Source of the DNA: Octopus vulgaris
Taxonomy: Eukaryota
DNA length: 64,000 nucleotides
Reading direction: 5' to 3'
Assembly: GCA_951406725.2 (NCBI GenBank)
Contig: OX597817.1
Coordinates: 113,832,001-113,896,000, forward strand
Part shown: one piece after another, positions 52,807 through 64,000 of the stretch
How the letters are laid out: each line of letters opens with the position of its first letter
Position numbering within the stretch: position 1 is the first letter of the stretch
The notes under the pieces: generated by a model
Told to the model about the DNA's origin: nothing
The model's input: only the letters and a program-made list of their open reading frames with translations
Database searches by the model: none
Position numbers and translations under genes: made by a program

Positions 52807-55800
52807 TCTATTAGTATATTATTTTTTACGTTTTTAGTTTAAATACAAGGTCAAATTTTGAAACCTATGGGCTTAACCAACTACAGTGACAACAGGATAT
52901 TACTGATACATATTTTATTGACTGCAGACCAAACAAGTAAAACATTAAGTTGCATGAACTCTTTCTTGTCTTCACTATCTTTCAGATTATAAAGGTATCA
53001 GCTGCATAAATACATAATTTTTATAATTACTAATAATCATGATGAAATACTTAACCAGTAGTTTTATATAAAACTTTTGAAAAAAAAAAAACAAAAAAAA
53101 ACAAATGACAACCATTTTGTCTGTAACAAATTATGATAGATTAATTGCTGTCAATAGTCTTAATTATTAGCATAACTATGTTAATTATCATAATATCATT
53201 GACAAGCTTTACTTAGTCACTAATAGTGAGAAATCTACATTCAATTATTTTTATATTAGATGAATTTGTTTGTTAATTGCAATTGCTTATGGCAACATAA
53301 TTAATACTTTCACTTAAAAATGACTTTAGAAAATTGTTTCAATGGAAATAGTAAAAAGTGTCAAATTTAAAATGATTACACTTGTTACTTGCTCCCTTTC
53401 CAAGTAGTTAACAATACACAGCTGCCACAATCCCACCTGAATGAACATGTCACCCATCTGGTCATTGATTGCAACCAACAAATCTCATTAGCCCAACAAT
53501 CCATCAGGAGAGCATCCATATCACTGAATCTGTTAGAATTAGCAAAATCTCCCTCTCAGTCATATCCTATTATTTTTTTAAAAATGGAAGGACACACTGA
53601 ATAATATAGCTTAGATACATACTGCCTGAAAAATACAAAAAAAGATATGGAAAGCTTCCTTATGGCTGAATTAGAATTAAACAACAGATTCTATAGAAAC
53701 TATGGTATGTGAAGGTGTACGTAGGTAGATTTCATATATTATTCTCATTTTACTTGCTTTTCCATGCTGGTTTGGGTTAGACTGGTTTGAATCAGTTCTT
53801 GGCTATCCTTTCAGTCATTTCACAGAGAATACTAGATGCATTTTATTATAGCACCAGCACTAGAGAGGTTAATCTGCCACCAGCAAGACTAAAGAGTCCT
53901 CTCTATCCTACACTATCTCCATTTGTTCAGTAACCACTTTATTGATTGCACTGGGTGTATTTTATTGTGGTAGCAGCACTACAGAAGTTGCTTAGACCCC
54001 ATTAAGACTAAATTCTCTCTAGTATACATTCTAGCCTCTTTTTCTATCAATGAGAGAGAGAGAGAGGAGTTCCTGGCATAGTATCTGTTTGCTTATTTTC
54101 CACACAACAGGTCAGAAGAGAACCAAAGAAAGACATTGATAGAAAAAAGAATAACAGAAGAGAACTAGATAGGAGCAAGAGGATGATAAAAGGAAGAGCA
54201 ACGGAAGAGAGTGATTGATAGCTACATGATGACTGTTGGTGAAGAAAAAAGAAAGAGAGTAACAGAAAACAGTGATAGTAGCATGATGAGGAAGAGAGAG
54301 TAATTGGAAGGAGACAGTGTGATGGAAGATAGAGTAGTGGAAGTGAGAAAGAGAGATGAGAGAGAGAGAGAGAGAGCAATGAGTGTCAATAATAATGACT
54401 GGTAAAATAAGGAATAATGTGAGATAGCAGTAAGGATGAATGATGGCATGTGTGAGAAATACATGTGTGTGAGAGAGTACAATGATATCTTTTGGTAAAG
54501 TAACATAACATAAATACAGAAACCCCTCAATTTGTTTGAAGAAGTGGTTGGTTAACTTCAATCTATCATTAAAAACAAAAAGACTAATAGTAAAAGTGTT
54601 AAGGAAATTAAATATCTCTTTTAGAGATGCATATTTTCTCATGGCCTTAACTTATAATTTTTATTTCATGAAATGAAATTTATTAATATAGCAAAAACTG
54701 AAAGAAATGAAAACTATATTAAAAAACACATGTCAAAAGCAATATTTCTCTCATGTGAAAGAAACTACAAAAAAAAAAAAAAAAATCAATGCTGCTTTTG
54801 CAGTGGGGGAAAACCAAATATTAAACTGTAATTATTTGAAATGAATGGATTAAAGTCATGCATTTCTTTATCACTTCAAAAATCATACAAACCATGCTAA
54901 ATTAGATTCTTAAATCAGCCAAGATTAGGTTCTTAATCACTGAATTAATTTATAATCATGTTTTCTAAATCTGTTTCCTAAAAATACTCAAAATTGTACA
55001 AAAAGTTTCTATGAAATTAAGAAAAATTTCCTTAATCAATTTATTTGATATTATTCAAGAAGACTGCTGGAAGTCTATAACTGCAAGCATCAGATTAATA
55101 AGAAGCAAAGAATGAAGTATGTTCATATAGCATAAGAAAAAATAAATCAAGTACATATCTAGAACCCTTTATCTGATAATGAAAAATTCTGTCTAAAACA
55201 TTAAATGTTTATTCTCCTTATAGCATGGTGACACACCTCAAGTTTCATCTTTTTTTACTGAATTGCTTGGCTCATTAGTTAGTTCATATTGTTGACACCT
55301 CTCACTTGTAAAACTTTCTTCATTATTCCAAAATTACAAAAACAAAAAAACCCCAGCATTCTTGGTTTTATTCTATGCTTAACTGCATTTAAAGATCTAA
55401 TGAAAATTAATGTTATTGCTACAATGTAACACAAAACAACCCAAAGACCCAGTTTTCAGAGATATACTAGTGCCAATAATAATTTCTTGCATAGGCAGAG
55501 CCAGCAATTTTGGGGTAAGGAAACAATCAATTATATCATCTGTTGTACTTGATTGGTACTTTATTTTATCAACTTCAGAGGAACGAAGACAAGTGATTAA
55601 ACTGAAACAGATTATTTCTACTTATTTAATCAACTCTCAGCTGATGTTCCTATTCAAATTCAAGAATTGCCAATAATTGCCTTCAGTTGAAAATTACATT
55701 ACAAAATTTAATCAATAATCAGACAAAATTGTCTACAATAATAGCATACCAATAATGATATTCAACTAAAAACAAAGCATCTGTGTTGTTTTGTCCCAGG

Positions 55801-56537
55801 TCAGCCATGTCTCAGTAGAATTATGATAAAAGGTATTCGTTCAGAGATAGTATCAATAAGACTACCTAAACAACATACACATTTTTTAAGACAGTTTGGG
55901 TGTCATATAAGTATTAATGTGTGCTTCTAAATAAGCTTAAATTGGATTTCATTAAAAAAAAGGTAATACTATCCTCTTCTGTTTTTGATAAATTTATAAC
56001 CTTCGCTCTTTAAGGAAACATATGATGCTGAGATGTATTCCATTGCTTCATATAACACTATCAACAAATCTTTATAATAGATTAAGTTAGAGATTAATCT
56101 CTAGATGAGCCCAAAACTTATGACACAAAATCACTCAGGCTAAAAACTGAATATTTTTTTAAAACAAAAGTAACAGTTCTTGATAAAAGTTCTAGTCACA
56201 TTTCATTGTTGTTGTTTGTGTCAGCCATGATCAAAAAGCCATTCCATTCTTGACCTGTCTCCTTTAGGCATACATAAGTAATCTTTGAAGAAATGAGAAT
56301 CACCACTGTTCATTGTCAAACTGGAACTAAAAATCTTTTAAAATCCTCCTTATTCTAAACTATTTATTTTTGTATTTGTCTACATGGAAAATTTCTTTTA
56401 ATATTGGCAATGAAATGATAAAATTTCTACATGGATATTTACATTTGTTTGTATATGTTTGTTTTTCTTTTTTTTTTAAGCCTGTTAGGAGTGAGGTAAA
56501 TTTTAGTAAGTATGGCTGCTATTTCTAACAAACTGAG

Positions 56538-56840
56538 ATCATCATCATCGTTTAACGTCCGCTTTCCATGCTAGCATGGGTTGGATGGTTCAACTGGGGT
56601 CTGGGAAGCCAGAAGGCTGTACTAGGCCCAGTCTGATCTGGCAGTGTTTCTTCAGCTGGATGCCCTTCCTAACGCCAACCACTCTATGAGTGTAATGGGT
56701 GCTTTTTACATGCCACCGACACAGGTGCCAGACGAGGCTGGCAAACGGCCACGATCGGATGGTGCTTTTTATGTGCCACCGGCACGGAGGCCAGTCAGAG
56801 CAGCGCTGGCTACAGCCACATTCAGATGGTTCTCTTATGC
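56538..56840 (-). mobile_element. SINE family C, best-preserved copy
   Basis: ATCATCATCGTTTAACGTCCGCTTTCCATGCTAGCATGGGTTGG...GGATGCCCTTCCTAACGCCAACCAC; internal GGTGCTTTTTA(C/T)(A/G)TGCCACCG repeats; CpGs retained. Confidence 0.85.
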
Positions 56841-58392
56841 TTGATATATTGTTGTTGTTGTTGTTAGATAGGAGAGTAGCAATGGCCATAACACTTTTGG
56901 TCATCCCAAATAGGTTGAAAGTAAAAACTCATTTTAATTTGAATGCAGATCAGAAATTGGTGAAGGGGAGAAATGAGAACAGAAAGGGACTACTTTCTCA
57001 ATACAGTCTCTTATGTACAAAAAGACAATCAAAATTATCATAGTGGGAGTAGGGTGTAGTATAGAATGAATGGGTTCAGGAAGTAGTAAAAGGGTTAGAA
57101 TAAACAGAGATGGATGAATGTGACTAAACAATGGGGCCAGGCATTGCAAAGCTTTATCTTTATTTATCATAGATGAATTGAACAAGAGGGGCAACTTATT
57201 GAAAACCAAACACAAAACCACATATAAAGTGAGAAAAATATGAAGAGAGAGAGAGAAATTTATTTAAATAATAATTACTACTATGACACCTACTATAGAA
57301 GGGAACAGACTGGGAAGAACAATGAGAGGATATCCTCTCTGCTAGTGGAGCAAAAATAAACACACCCTAATCCACTTTCTCTCAAATTGTGTAATAAGAG
57401 AAGTATAATTATAGAATGGTTGTGTTAAAATACCAGATTATATATGAATACAAATGCACACACAAACCTATGTATGTTCATATGTGGGTGGGGGTGATTA
57501 TTCAGATGTGTTCTTGGATATACTGTCCTACAATTTAAAACTAAAAACATGCGATTAAATGCTCAAGTGTCTCAGATGAATTATTGATAATCCAATTATA
57601 ATTTATGTGAGTAGGTGTATATATGAATGTATACACATACATATTTCCATGCGTCCGTGTGAGTGTGCATAGTTTCATTTTGACATTAAATAAAAGCCGT
57701 TCTCATTTATTCAGAACTTGCATATGTATGCCTAAAAATAAATTGATATTAGGAAAACCTTAATGCTGCAATCACGAAAAATAATGATAATGCTGATGAA
57801 GAGGAGGAGAAGGCAGAATTGCAACAACAGTTTGAAGACATATGAAGTATAAACAGGAGAAGCATTTCAATCAATTTGATAATTACTTTCATTAAAAGTT
57901 GATTAAAATTCTATTAGGAAAACATAGATTATCCAAGATGATAGCTATTTCCCTTTACATGACACAATAGAGCAAGATCTCAACTGCTCTAAAGCTGTTC
58001 CAAATATGATAAATAAATAAAATAAAATGTCTGCAAAAATATGTCTTTGGAGACACATCTTTGCAGATAACCTTGAGAAAGCTATACATGAAAACAAAAA
58101 ACGATGAGTCAGAAAATTCTTCAGTTTCTAGGCATGTCAGTACAGAAAAGGTAGCAATATTATTGTAGGCTTCAAGATAGATACAGAGGGCTTGTTAACC
58201 TTTGAATAACAGCTGTCAGTCATGAGATAGGTGACATATATTAGAAATATTTTATATTTTTTATGTATGGTTCTTAACAACACAGTCATATACTTTCGAG
58301 ATTTTAATAATAATTATAATAATGTCAAAATGCAGAGGAGGAAGATTTCATAACAAAAAAGTTAACGTTATGGCAACTGAACAAAAAACTCA

Positions 58393-58820
58393 AAGAAGCT
58401 TGCTTCCCAACCACATGATTCTGAGTTCAGTTCCACTGCATGGCACTTTTAGCAAGTGTCTTCTCCTATAACCTTGGGCCAACCAAAGCCTTCTGAGTAG
58501 ATTTGGTAAATGCAAACTGAAAGAAGCTCATCGTGTGTGTATGTGTGTGTGCGTGTGTGTATGTGTGTGTGCGTGTGTGTATGTGTGTGTGCGTGTGTAT
58601 ACATATCTTTGTATTTGTGTTTGTTTCCTCACCACTGCTTGAAAACCAGTGTTCGTGTGTTTATGTCTCTGTAACTTAGTGGTTTGGCAAAGAGACTGAT
58701 AGAATAAACACCAGACTTAACAAAATTAACTACTGGGGTAAATTCATTCAACTAAAAATTCTCCAAGGCAGTGCCCCAGCATGGCCACAGTCTAATGACT
58801 GAAGAAAGTAAAAGGTAAAA
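58393..58820 (+). mobile_element. SINE family A, slightly 5'-truncated, with an internal 20-bp-period (TG)-based repeat
   Basis: Collinear with 45385-45800; ATGTGTGTGTGCGTGTGTGT x3 at 58541-58600. Confidence 0.9.
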
Positions 58821-59932
58821 CATGAAAAAAAATTTCCTTTATAAGCAACAATTCAAGAGAAAAACAAACAAATAAAGATGCTGACTGAAATTTCACCAGA
58901 CATCTTTTATTGACCAGCCAGACATGATAATTATAACACCATATGATTTCACAATTTTCTTCATTAAATTTATGAATGGTTTATGTGCTCAATATAGAGC
59001 CAAAGAATAAGACTTTATTGTTTGCCCAACCTATTAGAAATATCAGCCAAATCTCCTCTGTATCCATGCTTACTGTCTCAAAGAACTCATTATATAATAT
59101 TGTTAGTTCTGGCACTTATTGCCTGAAAATAAAAGTCACGGCTTGCATGCCTTTGATCATAGATCGGCTTGTTTGATCAACATGCAAAACCTCAACACAG
59201 GTCTATAGCATATTTCTAATAAAATCTGTTTAATAACTAGGTTTAGTTAGAGTCAGGTAAATTCATACTAATGTCTAAAATTTCCAAGTCTCTCTCTGGT
59301 GGGATACCTCTCAACTATCTTTTATCACTCACGAAGATAAATTCTATCTTATGAGGAAACAATCTATCACATCTAACAGTGCAACACTTTGTATAAAGAA
59401 TTGTCATGTAATACTGATAAGCTTATTAGTTTTAGCTGGTAAGTAAAAATGAAACTGAAATATATTTTATAGTTCTTTTTTGTGTAATTTTTCTTTGTTA
59501 CTTATTCATCTAAATTAATATCAAATGGAACATTTGATTTAGTTATAGCACGGTTGAGAGACTAAATAATTCAAAGACATAATCAACACACAAAACACAA
59601 AAAAAACAATAGTTAATTTCGTCATATTTAAAGCAAGCAGCATTAAAAAAAAAAACTATTTAGACCAATGAACACACCTGTACAAAGTTGTTCCAAAAAA
59701 TTAATAAATCAAATAAAAGCCATAAGTCCCAAGTTGCTCATAGAAATTCCAAATCTCACAAAAAAACCCAGAATTCAGCAAGACCCATTCTATCTTTTAA
59801 AAAGCATAACCTTTTGTTAAAACCTCACTAAAAGACTAATTTACTTGCCAGTAAACAATATTTGAAAAACCAATTCAACATGCATAGCTGCACCTAAACG
59901 AGCCAAAATGGGAAGTAGCAGGAGTGTGTGTG

Positions 59933-60115
59933 TCTATGAAGTTGCTCAACTAACAGGAAATAACAGTTAAATCTCCCTCAAATCACAACCCTACCATCTT
60001 CAAAAGATAGAGATTATACTGAATAATCTAAAATAAAAGGCAGATGGTCATGGTAGGAATGCCTTTGGTCATAGTTTTGTTCAGTCAGAACTAACTTGGA
60101 GTTAAACAAAGACAA
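59933..60115 (+). mobile_element. Family E
   Basis: AAATCTCCCTCAAATCACAACCCTACCATCTT...ATGGTCATGGTAGGAATGCCTTTGGTCATAG...TTAAACAA. Confidence 0.7.
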
Positions 60116-60323
60116 TACATATTCTCACACATGTTATAAAAAGTAAAATAAAATCTTATTATTCATTAGAGTGCCAGTTGGCAGTCAAGACATCCAACCT
60201 GTAGGCTAGCTTCAGCCAGCCAATGACAAAATACCAGTGAAACTATCACCCAACCACCAACCAATACAGAAACAGCCAATAGTTGTGCGGTAGTCAACAC
60301 CTTAAGTTCAACTCATGACTTAC

Positions 60324-60429
60324 CTCGCACCCACAGTTACTCCAAGTATTTGAGTTCTTAAACTCCCAGTATGTTATAACTAACCCAAACCAACAATATA
60401 AAAATGTTAGGACTCCAATCTCAAATAAC
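60324..60429 (-). CDS. Candidate internal exon encoding a possible transmembrane segment (LFEIGVLTFLYCWFGLVITYWEFKNSNTWSNCGCE)
   Basis: ATCCAG acceptor just after an in-frame TAA, consensus GAG|GTAAGT donor, only one frame open (35 codons). Confidence 0.4.
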
Positions 60430-61028
60430 CTGGATAATGATTATGCTGCCTTTGATTTCAATCTATTTATTATTAATTTCCTTTGCAAACATCTCACATC
60501 TGAAGTCTCATGCTTGTCTGGATTCATTACAAAATAAAAAAAAATAAATAAAAAAATAAATCTGAACATTAAATTACATAATACTTTGAACAATAGAAAC
60601 ACTGAAGTGAACTTAACATTCTTGGCATTGAGACAAAATCTAAGATAATCAACAAAAACTTTTAAGAAAACAGTGTGGAATGGAACAGGAAAGAAAAAAT
60701 ACAACTGTTCCTGACACCTCAAGTAAATAAAATACACAGGTAAAGAACAATGGTTTAGAAATAAAAAAAGAAAAAAATTATGACAAGCTATGTAAAATGA
60801 ATGTGAACTGTACTGTTCCAAGTTCACTCTAAGCAAGTGTCTGCTATAACCTCAAATTGACCAATGCTTTATAGATGGAATTCTATAAATATAAACTACA
60901 CTGAAGCCCATCATGTGTGTGTGTGTTATATTTGCAGATGTAAACCATTGTGTTGCATTGCATCCAGAAAAATAAGGAAAACATAATTTGATAATTCAAT
61001 AAATAGGGATCTACAAAAATAGCTACTA

Positions 61029-61306
61029 TCAGGTTATCCCATAAGTTCTGACCAATTTTACCTTTTTTTAAATTGACTGAAATTTAATAGTATTTTAGAA
61101 TGTCTAATGGAATTAAAAATTATTTTTATGTATTTGTGTACATTTAAACTAATTAAATATTATTTTACAGAATAATAGAATTAAAATTTCTTTGATTAAA
61201 GCCCTTTCTAATATGGAAGTATCCAAAGAGCATTTGAGGCACATAATGCAAAAAAGGAAACTCTGCAGCCGAAGCCACTTGAAACATACACTCAGTTTAT
61301 GGAAAA
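61029..61306 (+). mobile_element. Mariner 5' fragment (left TIR plus transposase N-terminus), third family
   Basis: TA|TCAGGTTATCCCATAAGTT; MEVSKEHLRHIM, then after a frameshift KGNSAAEAT*NIHSVYG (mariner first HTH). Confidence 0.8.
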
Positions 61307-61549
61307 ATTTTTGGCAAAATTTGATGCAGATTCTCTCCTCAACTTTCTCTGTCACGGTCAGTGTGATGATCACATACTACACACCTTCCTTCCAAGCACT
61401 ACTGTAAATAAGGGAAGTGAGCTAGAATGTTAAAACTTAGTGCGCATGCACAGCAGAGATCAAGGTCAATCTATGCTATGTGGCTTCATTCTGCATACTT
61501 TAGCTTCATTAGTATGGAAACAGTCCGGATACTTATTGATCAGACTACA
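61307..61549 (-). mobile_element. Mariner 5' fragment (left TIR plus transposase N-terminus), different family
   Basis: TA|TGTAGTCTGATCAATAAGTATCCGGAC; TEKVEERICIKFCQK resembles QRYCIKFCEK of the element at 30623. Confidence 0.8.
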
Positions 61550-62567
61550 TATATATGTAAAATTTTCTAACTTATTAAACAGCTTCTTTAGATAGAACAT
61601 ATAACAAAGGTTTATTTTTACTGATTGCACTTAACACTAATGGATATAAATCAGATCTAATTAGTGTTCATGATGCAATAATTTAAACAGCAAACCAAAT
61701 TTTTTTTTTTATCTTGACTATAATTTTGAAAGCTGTTTTACCACAAATAATAAGGGTATTATACCAAAGGATGCTTTCTCTGTGGAATAAAACTAAAAAT
61801 AATTCGTGCAACAAATTGATATATGAATGACTAAGATCAAATTAAAAATGTTGCCTACCTTACTAAGGTAGCAGTAATGTAATAAGCAAATAAATCTAAT
61901 AAAGTAAAAATGTACATGTGATGAGTCAAAAGGAATTACTGAAGAAAATAAACATCTTTTCCTGATAGTCATGTTAAGAAACTATGAAACTATCTTAAAG
62001 CAATGGAACTGATTGAAAATGAAACATTAATAGTAGGCATAATTTTCTTTGATATTAATCCTTTTAGTAAAAAGCTGAGTTTTCTTCTTTTTTTTTCTCT
62101 ATATATATAATAATAGCAATTTTAATGAAACCAGCAAAGAATTGTTTGACTAGTTTCTTTTTTAAAATAACTATTGAAATACAGAAGAAAGAAAACAAGT
62201 TTCAGATGGATGATGCAATAACTATTATGAAACAAAGAAAAGAAAATGGGGAAAATATTTTTAAAAAATCTACTTAAATTATTTATTATCTCACTTTTCT
62301 GAACAATAGCCAAATTGGTTACATATTTCCAACAGGTCAATGAGAGTTCATTGAATTTACAGTTGTAATACTAACACATGCTCGTCTGTGAAAACTTGGA
62401 CACAACAAATATCAGGCACAGTTTATCAATATTTGTGCTATGTTGTTTTAGATATTTTGCTGATATATATCACTCAAACAATATAAATATATATAGAGAA
62501 AACAGAGCAACTGACATTATGAATTTCAAATCAAATTTTCAAAACAAAGTTACAAACATAAGTTTAA

Positions 62568-62786
62568 CCCCTTCAGCATTCAGGTTACAGTGTCAAATTT
62601 AATATTTATTTATTCCCATTGTTTTGAATTAATCATGCATTATCTCATAGCTTTGAGATTTCAATAGTGCCGTTGTTTATTTTTACAATGACATTGTAGT
62701 GTATGTGTGAGAGGGTGCATCTGGATGGATTGAACATAAAACAGGTAGAATATTTAGGCCAGATAGTTGGTTTAAATGCTGAAGGT
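62568..62786. mobile_element. piggyBac-like MITE, family 1
   Basis: TTAA|CCCCTTCAGCATT ... AATGCTGAAGGT|TTGA; collinear with 6584-6799. Confidence 0.8.
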
Positions 62787-63413
62787 TTGATATGTGTATT
62801 TTTTTAACCTTGATGTAAAACAAATACTGTAATTAAATCAGTAGCCAGAAAAAGTACCCCAAATAACTGAGCTAACAAAATTATTAATTTGAGATTTTAT
62901 TAAACCATCATTAGGTCCAATTACTTTTTCTGCTGGTAGCTGAGAAAATGTTGTAATCACTACTTTATGAAAAATGTAAGCACCACCAAGATAGGTCTAA
63001 ACTTATTTACTTAGTGGTGCAACATTGACTAACCGATTGCCTAAGAGTAATAAGATTTCTCTCTGTATGTTTTAAGTTGAAATCCAGTGGAGGGGGTGAA
63101 ATTCAGTATGATAACTATCAATCATGAACTTGAGTTAAGTGAATATACACCTCACCCAAAATTTATGGCCTTGCTCAACCATGAAAGGTCACTATTATCT
63201 GTAGTGATTTTTTAATTTTATAAGGTGAAGGAGATATAGTCAATTGAATTGATTCTAGGATTATTTGTGGTGCTTATTTTATCAGGCCTGGAAAAATGAG
63301 AGACAAAGTCAATTCCTATAGGATTTGAACAAAGAACAAAATTAAACAATGTGAGACATGCAGTTTACGATTCCATTGTTTGTTAAACTATTGCATTACA
63401 ATAGTATATAAAT

Positions 63414-63876
63414 ATCATCATCAGCATTTTGAATCAAACAGAATTAGCTGAGGCATATTTCCCTACAGCTGGATGCCTTTCTTGTTGCTAACCTTCACCT
63501 GTTTCCAAGCAAAGCAATATTTTCCCATAGCTGGATATGTATGCATGGAAGATTGGAAACAAATGGAACCATTTGTGTGATTGTGATGCTCATTTACAAC
63601 TGTTGTGTGATGCCCAGACAAGAAGACACACACATGTATACACATAGTAGGCTTCTTCCAGTTTCTATCCATCAAATCCACTCATGAGGCTATAGTAGAA
63701 TAGACAATAGTCCAACATGCCTAGGAAAACCAAAGCCTTATGAATGAATTTGGTGGACATAAAGTGAAAGAAGCCCATTGTATCCAAAATGATGATGATG
63801 ATATCTATACCCAAAATTGGATTGAAACTGAAACCATGTGGCTGGAAAGTAAGCTTAACTACACAGTCATGCTTCT
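63414..63876 (-). mobile_element. Composite SINE (A+D+C) interrupted by an inverted family A fragment
   Basis: CTACAGCTGGATGCCTTTC, CCTGTTTCCAAGCAAAGCAATATTTTCCC, head resumes at about 63815; plus-strand fragment at 63730-63780. Confidence 0.7.
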
Positions 63877-64000
63877 TCCACTTATAATCTCATCTACACT
63901 TAATAAGACACATTGGTTATAAGGAAATAGTATTTAACTAATAAATTTGTTTAACCAAGAAATCTGAAACATTCTGAACAAAAGTGCAGTAAAAGTAGAG

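Overview
AT-rich, repeat-dense eukaryotic DNA with no long ORF. The repeat landscape looks like an octopus or other coleoid cephalopod genome; this is recognised from memory of the repeat families, not from a database search. Most ORF-track entries are artefacts of microsatellites and SINEs. Supported content: several interleaved SINE families (labelled A-E here), three RTE-clade LINE remnants, a decayed near-full-length mariner with TIRs plus three mariner fragments, an internally deleted Helitron RepHel remnant, TTAA-flanked piggyBac-like MITEs, a hAT MITE and a probable Penelope-like fragment. A CpG-rich promoter-like island lies near 19.3-20.05 kb, and there are a few low-confidence candidate exons, so the window is probably mostly intron of a large gene that I cannot identify. 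The most interesting signals are a cluster of decayed hammerhead-ribozyme-like motifs at 9.4-11.3 kb, including a 341-bp unit with terminal direct repeats (retrozyme/Penelope-like), and an inverted fusion of two different mariner 5' ends at 61.0-61.5 kb. Head-to-tail SINE arrays and head/tail swapping between SINE families also stand out. No intact novel protein-coding system is evident.
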